Shown here piece after piece: positions 10,551 to 21,687 of a stretch of 32,750 nt of DNA (position 1 is its first letter; each line of letters begins with the position of its first letter). The DNA is from Intoshia linei (lineage: Eukaryota > Animalia > Orthonectida). The stretch covers positions 1 to 32,750 of the forward strand of contig LWCA01000311.1 in the NCBI GenBank assembly GCA_001642005.1, written 5' to 3'. The position numbers were made by a program, and so were the translations under genes. Under the pieces are notes generated by a model, which was not told the origin of the DNA, ran no database searches, and was given only the letters and a program-made list of their open reading frames with translations.

Positions 10551-12904
10551 TTAATGGCCTTTACAAACCCATCTAAATTTTTCCGAAACATTGATTGTAT
10601 CGGTATGGCTAATTGAACACCATTGACACTGACATGCAAAACATCTGTAGTCACGGTCAAATTTAGACTCCTTTTTCATTTTTGTAATGTTTGGTGAATT
10701 GTTACGAAAAAATAAATAATCTACATTGTTCGACCATTTTTGATTACATAAAATGACCACATCAATATCGCATTTGAGACATTTCATGTTGTGACAGCAT
10801 CTATTTAATTTTTATAAGAAACACATTTATTTATGTATTTTATTACAATTTACAAATCTGTATACCAATGTTTCTTATCACTGTAATGACCTACTTTTTA
10901 TGGTTAGAAAGCCAAATTACTTTTTTTAATCTTTTGAAACATTTTTGAAGGTGAATTGCTACCCACAACCAGAGTGTGGAGAGGGGCTACGGGCCTAAAA
11001 TCATGAGTGGTCTACTTTTTAATGTATTAATAAGTAACGTTGAATTTCTTAATCATACTAAAATTTCGATAATTAATGCGATTTCCAAGGGCTATTTTTA
11101 ATTTTTAAATAATGAACGAGCGATTAAGCAATTTTAAAAAAAATGATAATGGTCTACAATTATCATATGGCCCGGGCTTACTGCTGACTCTCCACGACCC
11201 TACCTCCAACTGAACCGAAATAAGATGAATACAAATTTGAATAAAATTATAAGTTGGATTTATACAAATTTCTATTGTTGATATGGGGTTATGATCCAAA
11301 AAAGTGTAGGAATCATTGGACTAATATTACTAATCAAAATTGACCGACACTAAAAAAATTTAAACATTTAAATTAAGATTTAATTTCAATTTTCTTTCAT
11401 TTAAAATTCTACTTTCAAATTTTTAAGGAATAATATTTTTTGAATCAGACTGGAATTATGATCATTGATAATGATCACATTTCAACAAAAATTAAAATTT
11501 GTTTGTTTACTGTTAAAATATTCAAGCATGACATTTAAATACAATTAAAGTACATAGAATACAAAATATACCGTTTTAAAACCATATCCGATAAACCCAA
11601 GTCCACTTTATTTCCTCCGGCAAAAACGTTAGTGCATTTTCTAAAATAAAAAATTATAAATACTTAAACTTTTTAATATTGCCTGCAATATAAATAATAA
11701 ATAACAAAAATAAATAAAAATTTTGCGCCATTAGTTTTGATAAAGTTGATAGTTGGTTACTCAAGTTTTGCAATATTAAATTAATTTTAAATTAATTTTT
11801 ACAACTCTTTACTAAAGATTCTATAGTATATTAAATGTAAAAATTGACATATATTATTATATTTTTTTAAAAATTAATAATATTGAAAATTAGTGGGATG
11901 ATAAATACAAATACAAATGTAGTAGTTTAAAAAATATATAATAGTTTAAAAATATCATAAAAATAGTTTAAAAATATCTGTAGCAATCGGCAAAAATTGA
12001 ATATACATAATTTTAATAATTTTAGATTTGACCATGATAATGATCTATACATTATTATATTAATAAACTATCTGTTTCATCTACAATAGTTTACTAGTAG
12101 AATTAAATATTGTATATTTTACTCAAATTTAGCTTGATATACTTAAATCAGTGTTTGCTAAAATGGGTGGGGTTACCCCACTGGTGTGAAATAATTTCAT
12201 TTTTTTTACAAAAGGTACGTTTATGTTTAAGTTTCATGTACTATTATATTCTGCTTCTTTAAACAATTCCAAAACAAATTTTCGTAGAAATTTTTCTAAG
12301 AATCACATTAAAATTTTTTACCAACGCAGAGATGACTCTAAAAAAAGTGTGTCTACTAGTTAAAATAATGTTTATTACACGTTTGGTGTTATACACCTAT
12401 TTATCAACCACATGAATAAGAATGTTAATCATTAAGTTATTTCATAGACCACGGTTTGGTTTTCTTTTATATATTTTTTTCATTGATAAAAATTCCCGTA
12501 AATTTATACAAAATTTAAAATTACTTTATGGTCTTCGTTTCACTATTGTAATTTGAATTATGCTAAAATGGGAGATTGATTTTACAAATTATTTAATTTA
12601 CATTAATTTTGTCCTGTTTACTATCTTCGTTTATTTCATCAATTTGAAATTCTTTTAATAACTTATCTAACGTTTTTATTTGAGGCGTTCTAAATATATA
12701 TATAGAATATAAATTTATTATCATGATTTATGATAGATTTTAGCCACGACGAATAAATGTGTATTTATCTCAATATATACATGATTTAAATTATTGTTAC
12801 GTTTCTTGAATGAAATTTTCTTTATTTTCAATTTTTTTTTTGTTTTTCGTATTATTTTCAAAGTTATCTATCAAGTTATCAAGGTCGATATTAATATCAT
12901 CCAT
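10551..12904 (-). CDS. CFAP418: CFAP418/C8orf37 (retinal-maintenance domain) cilia protein, 182 aa. Exons 12904-12801, 12689-12602, 12562-12525, 11640-11572, 10800-10551
   Basis: In-phase GT-AG splicing (549 nt). N-terminus MDDINIDLDNLIDNFE, then KCTNVFAGG...RCCHNMKCLKCD...W...DYLFFRNN.P...FACQCQW...RWVCKGH, which is the C8orf37 signature. Confidence 0.93.
10970..11202. mobile_element. Degenerate hAT MITE in the last CFAP418 intron
   Basis: Ends cagagtgtggagag ... ctctccacgaccct(a); flanks cccacaac/cctccaac (6/8); inverted cgggcc/ggcccg subterminal motifs. Confidence 0.6.
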
Positions 12905-13042
12905 TTCTTGAATTCCGCTATTATTGCATTATATACGTATTTATTTGTTTATTTTTATCTCTATAGATTGAAGTTATAACAATAATACACCGATAATAAT
13001 TTGAAGATAAATCGAAATATTTTAGAATTATTTCATTTAAAG

Positions 13043-13223
13043 CAGAGTTTTTAAACTTTTTAGTTCACAGTACCATTTAATTAATTAACGATTTGACTAC
13101 TTCCTATAAGAAAACCCCTTTTAATTTTTTGATAAATTTTATATATTTCATGTTTCCTTTGAGGTTCAAATAAATAAATATTTTGAAATTGGAGTCCGTG
13201 TACTATTTGAATCGGGATCACTG
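13043..13223. mobile_element. Degenerate hAT MITE just upstream of the CFAP418 start
   Basis: Ends cagagtttttaaac ... tcgggatcactg; flanks atttaaag/atctaaac. The right end resembles that of the 23456-23986 element. Confidence 0.6.
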
Positions 13224-13474
13224 ATCTAAACTTTTTACACAAAATCCAATGAATGTTCAATGCGTATGTATTTATGTTAATTATCCGTAAATTTTAACTT
13301 CATTTTTATTATATATAAAAATTACATATATTATTTTGAAGTATTCACTTTTGTGAATCACTATTGTATACAGATCTGAATATTATCATACTCCAAACCT
13401 TTCCATTTTATCTTCATGAGGCCCTTGTATTTTATATTCGGGTGATCCCGAGCTTGGTAGGTACGTCTCTGACT

Positions 13475-13919
13475 CAGTAGCGGATTTAAATGGGGTGCAG
13501 GGAGATTGTCACCATGGTGTGACAAATGTGCTCCTATAATATTTTAATTTGTATATTAACATTGTATAAAATTTAAAAATGCTTTTAGGACCCATCAAAT
13601 TTATGACCTAAATCTTATGACCAAATCTAGGACAGTTTATTGAATTATGCTTGTTATCAATGAATACGTTTTATGTATATTAATTTGTTATTGAAGTTTA
13701 ACAACAGTTTAATTTAAATCATCAGACTTAAGGTTGTTGATAATCGAAAGAGAACTTACCGAAAATGTCGATGTTGATGCAGTTGTTGAAAAATTTATAA
13801 AATAAAGAAATATATTAATAAACATAATATAAAAATTAAAATGTAAATACATTATATGAGTTTAGCCCCTAATAATTATTTCGCCCCCCCCCTAGCTGAA
13901 AATTCTAGACCCGCCTCTG
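13475..13919 (+). mobile_element. hAT (Tip100-like) internally deleted element carrying a transposase C-terminal remnant (13722-13805)
   Basis: TIRs cagtagcggatttaaa / tctagacccgcctctg; perfect TSD ctctgact at 13467-13474 and 13920-13927. Internal SDLRLLIIERELTENVDVDAVVEKF resembles the hAT dimerisation-domain tail (LSxLAxLxIExE...DxDxVIxxF). Confidence 0.88.
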
Positions 13920-14233
13920 CTCTGACTGTGTAATTGAATAGAAACCTATGACGATATAATATGTTATGTTTGTATATGAAGTAAAATTGACTTATTTGTT
14001 TACAATGAAATATTAACGTGATTAATTTAGACACCTTTCTGTGTATAATTATTGATATAAGTCTTATAAAATACAATTTACTTTTCAAAATAAACTGATA
14101 CATTTCAATGTTTACCAGGAAAAGTATCAGTTTTCGTTGAAACCAGTTTTGTTTATTTTATATTTATTAAATGTTCAATTTAAATAAGTAAATAAAAGAT
14201 ACTCTTTGTTATCGGTAAAATTTAAAGATAAAA

Positions 14234-17200
14234 ATGACAGGTAATTTTTTTAATTCTAAATTTGGAATTGCATAATATTCGATTTTGAACTACATGTGTG
14301 TATGAATAATTATTCATAAATTTTATACGATTTTATGCAATCATTAAAAAACACAGATTCGGCCACGACTTATGTATTCTAAGCAAGAAGTAATAATTAG
14401 TATCATTTAAACGGATAAACAGATGTAAATGATAATACCAAAAAAGATTTTGATAAAGACATTTTCAATTATATTTTTATCTAATTGCACGTGAAACTGA
14501 TTAAAAATTTTACTAAAATACACTAGAAAATGATTTATGATAATAATATTAAAATTAATATACCATGATGATTTGATTGTCATTGACGAGTAATTGCTAG
14601 ACTTATAAAAGACTAACGTTTGCGTGAAAACTTTTTTTATTATATAATTTATAATTAATAATAATATTTAGAAAAAAATCCAGTTGTAAACAATGGTTAC
14701 GTTGATAATAAGGTATATTTTATTAATATTTTTATATTTCTTTGATTCATTTTTATTTATTTTTTAGAGTTCAAAAAATTCACGGTATTTACATTTACAT
14801 TAATTGATAAGTATTATTTATAAAAATTATAATTTATAAAGATGTGTATTTAATGTTTGGTTAACCTTGAATATTATTTTTATTTGTTTATGTTTATTTA
14901 CAATGTATATTTGACATTTTCAAGATTTTTACAAATTAAAAACGGTAGTACATGTATGTGATTTATGTGAAATATCAAAATAACAATATTTATACAAGTG
15001 ATTCACAACCACGGAATTTCTCCTTCATTTTTGATTTTATTTTGATTGATAAGAATGTTCTATTAATCCAAAAATTTATTTATTTTATATCATAAATTTT
15101 ATAAACTATACTTTCGTTTGCGAGTTTGACAAACATTTGACTTTTACACAAAGTAGTGACGATTTTTAGCGTTTTAGGGGTGTTGCCATGTTATATAATA
15201 ATAAAATAATTATTGTTCTCGTCTTTCGTCGGCACCGGACTCATCACACAGCATTACCGAGAGTTCACATAGACCACTTTGGCCACTCATGGGGTACCAA
15301 ATTATATTTTTTTTAGTTTAGGGGTTCCAACTGTGAAGTATGTTGAGAACCGCTGCTCTTAATCGTTGCGTACCACACTTTTACAATACGAATGAATATG
15401 TAAAACAAAAAATTACACAGTTCATCTATCCTTGTAAAAAAATACGTTCAGTTAATAATGTATGGAATTATTTTAAAGCTATTAAAGATAAACATAATTA
15501 AATGTCAGTTTTTGTTCTAGTTCTCGTAAGTTTTATTTAAAAAAATTATTAAAATATTTCTAAAACTATAACGTTTAATATGAATATATATACATAATAT
15601 GTATAATCCAATATATTTAATAAAAATTTAATTTAGTTTTGAAGTCATTCAGAAAGAGGGAGATGAAGACAGTCACACATCTTCAATGTTTAGCTATGCG
15701 ACATACAACGGAAATCCAAATTACCCATCAACCAATGCTAAAAAGAAAATTTCTAAACATGATGAAATATCAGCATCAAGGTCTGTTAGTTCTTATTCAA
15801 ATTCCAATTCTCGATCTAATTCAAATTCAAATTCCCGTTCAGGTTCCGATTCCGATTCAGATTCACGTTCTAAAAGTTACTGTGAAACTGGACCGAATAA
15901 AAACACAGCTTTAATGAGTAGTTCAGATTCCAATTCTGAATCGTATTCAGAATCTGGTTCTGATTCCAGCAAATCGATTTCAAAACATTCAAAAGCAAAA
16001 TCGAAAAAAAAAAAAAATAAAAAAAGTATAAAAAAAAGTAGATCAAAGTCTTATTCGTCGTATAGTTTGTCATATTCAAGTTCAGACACTTCAACAGAAT
16101 TGCCATTTACAGAATCTAGTTCTTGTTCAGAATCTTCGGTAGAGTCTGCCAAGAAAAAATCTATATTATCCAAAAAAAAGACTAAAAAAAAAACTAAAAC
16201 TGTAAAAAATTTGATTGATTTATCTACAATGACGCTATCTCAAGTTAACAAGGCTCTGGGTCAATTAACGTTGAGTTTAACTAAGCCGGATGATATAATT
16301 GGTCAATACATTTTACAATCCAATGTAGAAAAACGAGATATACTTAAATTGGCCCGTATTGACGGTCGATCTAGTTTACTATTGAAATATTATAATTCAG
16401 ACTTCAAATATTTGAAAAATTTAAACAAAAAACAGACAAGTATAAAATCTACTGATGAATACAATGAAACTAAAAAAAAGATGATACTAGACTGGTTGGA
16501 AAGCAAAGTACAAGCAATTAAAAATGAAGAACTTGAAAAGGCTAGAAAAGCAGGTAAATTACCATTGATTAAACATTTAACTATGGTGGAAACTAATGTT
16601 ACCCCACCAAAATCTACAAAAAATTTGATTATTGAGAATTCAATCATTAACAGAACCGGTTATGTCGTAAGGCAATCTCCCAATTATTATCCAAAATATC
16701 AAACAATTCCACCACAATCATTTCATTCCAAGCCGATTACCTACATGAATTATACTCGCCAAAATATGGAAAATATGCACCCTAATATGGCTTATCAAAA
16801 TTTGCTGAATGACACTAATTTTTCTAAAGGTAAAAAGGAAAATGATGACGTAATGAAAAAAAATGAGGTCGAATATCTTAAAAAAATTAAGGAAATTGAA
16901 AAAGATCATGAAAATGTCAAAAAAAATAAACATAAAACGGAAAAAAAACATGGACATTCCACCGATGATTCTTATTCCACTGATGAAACAAAATTTCAGG
17001 AATCTAAAAAAAATGCTAATAAAATTGCGCAAGGGAAAATTAAAGTTCAAAAAAAAATTAAAAAATTAAATAGCATTCAAAAAATTAAAGAAATTGAAAA
17101 AAGTATTTTTAAATTAAATAAACAGGTTCAGAAGGAAAAAGAATCCAAAACTACACAAATTCATTCAAGTAATCAACATGAATTACAACCAATAGAAATT

Positions 17201-20200
17201 AATCAACATCAACACGATAGTCCATCAAACTGTATATTTTTATTTATTGAGTTTGGTCTAATTTTTGTATTTATTGTTTTTGGCTATTGCAGTGGTTCCC
17301 GATTGGGGTCCAAAACTATATGCTGTGGGGTCAGTGAGATTGAAATAAAAATTTTATCAACTTATCTTTATTTCTAATATTTATTACAGAGTTACCAGAA
17401 ATTGGGAATTTATTCTAAAACCTAGAAAACGCTACATTATTATTTCAAAAATCCCACTATTAATCACACCATTAATAAAATTTAATAAAACATACCATTT
17501 TAAACATCATGGAAAAATTTGATTTTACTAAATCTTATGAACAATAACTTTTTAATCCATAACCCAAAATTAAAAATCTAATTTTATCAACTTAAATAGA
17601 GGCAAAATATCTCTTTTTCAATATTTTTTTACTCCGGTTGTATAACGCGGAATAAAAACTTTGGCTACCACTGAATCAAATAATAAATATAGGAAACAAT
17701 TTGTTTTTAATGTGTATATAATCAGATAAACAATTGCCATCTGATCGGACCATTATTGCTCTCCATATTACTCCGAAATAATTATATATTGGTGGTTAAA
17801 AATTTCAATCGCTTCTCAACTTAAATACTTATAATACTACTCAATTTAAAATAATAATAATTAAAATCATATATTTTTAAATTAACACTATTTTACAGGT
17901 GTGAGTAGAAAAAGGCAAAAACAAAATTTGAAAACAGAAACATTTAAAAAGCTAAAAAATGAAGATATTCAAGCACCTCAAAAAACTGACGACATTAAAA
18001 AAGTAAATGTAATTTTAAGTAAAAATACCGCCAACATTGAAAATAAAAATGTTAAAGAACCAACAATAATTGAAGTAATTGATAATAGTAAGGAATTGTC
18101 GGAAGAAGCCTACACGGTAGAACAAAATAAAAATAATTTGATGGAAACAGATCATTACGGCAAGGGTGATATAATTAATGAAAAAACAGATAATATAGAA
18201 AATGAATTGACAGAAATAAATAAATGTCAAAATGAACCTTCACTGTCACCAATAACTAAAAAAAATAAAAAAATAAATGATAATGAAGAAAAGAACAAAA
18301 TTAAAGACAAAAAAAAAATTAAATATGAACCTATACCTATTACAATTACACCAATTGAACCAGAAATTGTTAAAATAACCAAAGAAAGTCGAAATTTACC
18401 TCCTCCAGTCATGGAAGACAGTCTTATTTCAGATGGAAATGAACCAACTAGTGTTAAATTATTGGAAAAGGAAAAGTCTAAAAAAGAACGAAAACTTTTG
18501 AAAAGTAAAATAATAAAAATGGAAAAGGCATCTGAATCTGAAAACCTTGTGGAACACGTAGATATAAGCAAAAAAGTAAAAAAAAATAAAGATAAAAAAA
18601 GTTCAAAAAAGAGTGATAAAAGCAAAAAAAGTAAAAGTAGTAAAAGCAGTAAGAGCAGTAAATTAAAAGTTCAAAGGAACGATAAAGACAATAAAGACGA
18701 TAACGTAAATGAAAAAGGTGTACAAATTGAAACTACTCAAACAATTGAAACAAAATTAAATAAAAACTTAAAAAAAAATATTGCATCTATTGATGATCAA
18801 ATTCAAATGAAGAAAATTGAAAAATCTGAACCTTTTGCAAAGTCTACAATATCTGAAAAGTCAGATGAATCTGAAAAATTTCAAAAAATTGAAAAATCTG
18901 AAATATCTGAAAAAAAATTAAGAAAATTAGAAAAATCTGAAAGACGTAAAAAGAAGAAAGAAAAAAAACAAAGAGAAAAAGAAAAAGTCAAAGAAGAAAA
19001 AAAAAAGAAGAACGGTAAAGATAAACTAAAGTCACATAAAGATAAACATGAAAAAACTAAATCCAAAGGAGATAAAATTAAAAAACATAAAAAGACGAAA
19101 AAACCAAAAAAAATAGATTTACCAATAATGAACTTAGAAACTGACATGGATATTACAATGCATTCGGATAAACACACCAAAATTAATTTTAATTCAATCG
19201 ATTTAGACGCACCGTTTGAATCAGAGAAACGTAGATTAAAAAATGAAAATCGTGAATCATTAAAAATTGTTTTACCTAAACCAAAAGTAGACATTTCGAC
19301 TATAGCATTAATGTACCAGAAAAACAAAGAAGCAAAATCTATAATAACAAATTTGCCTAAACTTATGACTGGTAGTATGACCAAAAAACGAAAATTAGAT
19401 GAAATAATTGATTCAAAAAACGAATCTACGAAAAAATTGAAATTGTCGAACGGATCTGTTAAAAAACAAGATATAACGCCTGCATTGTCTGAAAAGGAAA
19501 ATTTAATTAATGAAGATATTGAATTAAAAAAATTAAAAAGTTAAAATAAAATTAATAAACCTGAAATTATCAATTTAGAAGAAACTGCCAGTAAACAAAA
19601 TGACTACGATATCATTTCGCAATATTCAAATTCCTTTTCCGAATCAAATTCAAATAATTCAAGTTATCTAAAAGATTCTGAAATTTTAGAAAATTCACAC
19701 GCTAAACCCGAAACATTGAAGAAACTAGCTACAACTTTTGGAACGGAAAGTAATGGTTGTATGATTTTGTCAGATGAAAATCAAAAAATCCCAGAAAATG
19801 TTAATTTTGATCAAAATGCCAATTTTATACTTTTATGTCAGTTAAAAACTCACGAACATTTAATGGTAAATTTACATTTTGTTAATAAATAAATTATGAT
19901 TATACTGTAATCAGAATAGAAATAAATTAACATACACTATATTAAGATATATCATATATTATAGAAAGGAAAAAACAAGTTAAAATTTTATTTTTTTTCG
20001 AGGTCTATATTTTTGATTTCAGGTTTCAAATCAATAATAATAATTTTAATTTTTTGAAAATTTTACTCTCCAGGGCCAACCTATTGATTTTTTTAATTGT
20101 TGATTTTGGATAAATAGACCTTCATTTTAAAAAAATTAACTTTTTTTATGCATAAATTTACATAAAAATCAAGTTAATTTACATTATTTTAGATGCTAGT

Positions 20201-21614
20201 AAAATACTTTGAAGATTTGGAAATTATGGCAAAGGAATTAAAAGAAACAGTAAACATTGAAAAATTACACAAAATTATATCTCAAGAATTAACGGCTGCG
20301 GCAACAGCTTCAAGTTTATCCTTAGAAATAACCCAAGAGTGTTCAAAATTATCTTGCCAAAATACATTCAAAAAAACCAAAAGTCGATCGATTAAAATAT
20401 CTAAAAATTCTCACTTAAAAAAAAATGTAAAACCACAAACAAAAAAAAAAATTGTATTGTTACAAAAGAATGACAAGATTAACGAAACATTGAATAACGA
20501 GACTTTAGAAATTCCCGAAATTGAAAAAATTGGGAAGGAAAAAAATTTATATAGCGAAAAGAGTGATAATATTAAAAAACAAGATGAGAATGAAAAAATG
20601 GTCAAAGACACATTCAAAATTAACATAGAACAGGAAAAAAATTCACTTAAACCGAAAATAAACCAAAAAGAAAAAACAATTTATGAAAAAGGTTTATTAG
20701 AAGAAAATAGTACTGTCTTTAAAAATTTGTACTCAAACAATATACAATTAAGAGCAAAGGCGCATGTAGACATGATGAAATCTTTAATGGATCGAAATTC
20801 CCACGAGATAAAACTGAAGGCATTTTTAATTGGCAAGGGTATAGATCCAGCTTTATATAATCCAAAATATACATTTTCAGCAAATATGCGGCAGTGTTAT
20901 AATCCTAATACAATTCAGCCAAATTATAACTATACACCATTTGTTAAAAATCACAATTTCGCTCCTTATACTTCACAAATTCAAAAAAAACCTATAGCAT
21001 ATGATTATATTGTAAAGGATTTTGAAAGAATAGCAAGAATTGAAAACAATAAAAAAAATAACCTGAAACGCACACAAAATAGTAAAAAACATGTAGATAA
21101 CATAGTTAAAGATAGTTTTGACAATTTAAATACAAATTCAAATGTAAATTTAAATAAAAATGTAGAAAAGGTCAATAATGACGATAGCGGATGTTCGCTA
21201 ACTATAGAAAATGAAAAGGTGCAGAAGGAAAATGTAAACAATGTAGAAATTGTAAAAGAAATTATTCAAAATGAAACTGACCGAGAACCAGAATGTATAC
21301 CAGAGCCAGAAACGTATGAAACAATTCACGATGAACAAAAAGCAGAAACACCTGATATCACAAAAATTATAAATGAAGAAAAAAGTCAAGTTAAAACGAA
21401 TAATATTCAAATTGCCAAAGATGAACAAGAAAAGTCTACCACAAACGTTCCATATGTCGAGAATGTGGTTATGCCAATTACCGAAGACGGAGAAGAAAGT
21501 ATAATTTTAATTTATCGAACTGAGGATGAAAATAGCCAAGATGTAAAACCTTGTCCAAATCATGACGATGATATTTCTGCAAACGAAGAAGCGATTGTTT
21601 TGAGTAGTGATTAA
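14234..21614 (+). CDS. Large Lys/Ser/Glu-rich, probably nuclear protein, ~1,669 aa, putatively DAXX-like. Model exons 14234-14240, 14672-14712, 14768-14784, 15637-17231, 17899-19539, 19579-19865, 20193-21614 (first three tentative)
   Basis: The three long ORFs join in frame through GT-AG introns (5,010 nt total). FILLCQLKTHEH...LHKIISQELT...LSLEITQECSKL resembles the DAXX helical bundle, and the C-terminal EEAIVLSSD* resembles the DAXX terminal SIM. Coding status is secure; the identity is tentative. Confidence 0.7.
14996..15355. mobile_element. Probable hAT MITE, left boundary uncertain
   Basis: Right end gttgagaaccgctg with ggggtacc/ggggttcc subterminal motifs; candidate left end aagtgattcacaacc; no matching TSD. 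Confidence 0.45.
17290..17673. mobile_element. hAT MITE in the large intron of the DAXX-like gene; same family as 23456-23986
   Basis: Ends cagtggttcccga ... ttggctaccactg. The interior (ttgggaattta..ctaaa.cctagaa, tacattattatttcaaaaatc) matches ~23580-23710. TSDs do not match. Confidence 0.75.
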
Positions 21615-21687
21615 GTTGTGTACATTAATCGGTATTTAATACAATTAAAATTGTTTATTCAAAAATATTTTACAAAATTTTTAAATT

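Noticed and set aside
11105-11299. 64-aa ORF or possible structured ncRNA in a CFAP418 intron
   Set aside because: The complementary GC-rich patches are explained as MITE termini (10970-11202); no snoRNA boxes seen.
11923-11978. Three copies of tagtttaaaaa(a)tat
   Set aside because: Low-complexity minisatellite; no unique spacers, so not CRISPR-like.
13467-13927. Introner-like precise splicing of the MITE using GT/AG within the TSD on the minus strand
   Set aside because: All GT/AG combinations in agtcagag change the frame (-1, -5, -7 nt).
17232-17377. Hydrophobic, TM-like C-terminus of ORF 15686-17377
   Set aside because: Read-through into a T-rich intron and a MITE; the donor at 17232 joins in frame to 17899.
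19542-19544. Non-standard genetic code (TAA reassigned)
   Set aside because: TAA terminates four other gene models here and the long exons have no other internal stops; a 39-nt intron explains this one.
15639-21428. Many overlapping or antisense ORFs (e.g. 15639-15914, 16718-17050, 18881-19384, 21005-21241)
   Set aside because: Shadow frames of Lys/Glu/Ser-rich coding sequence.
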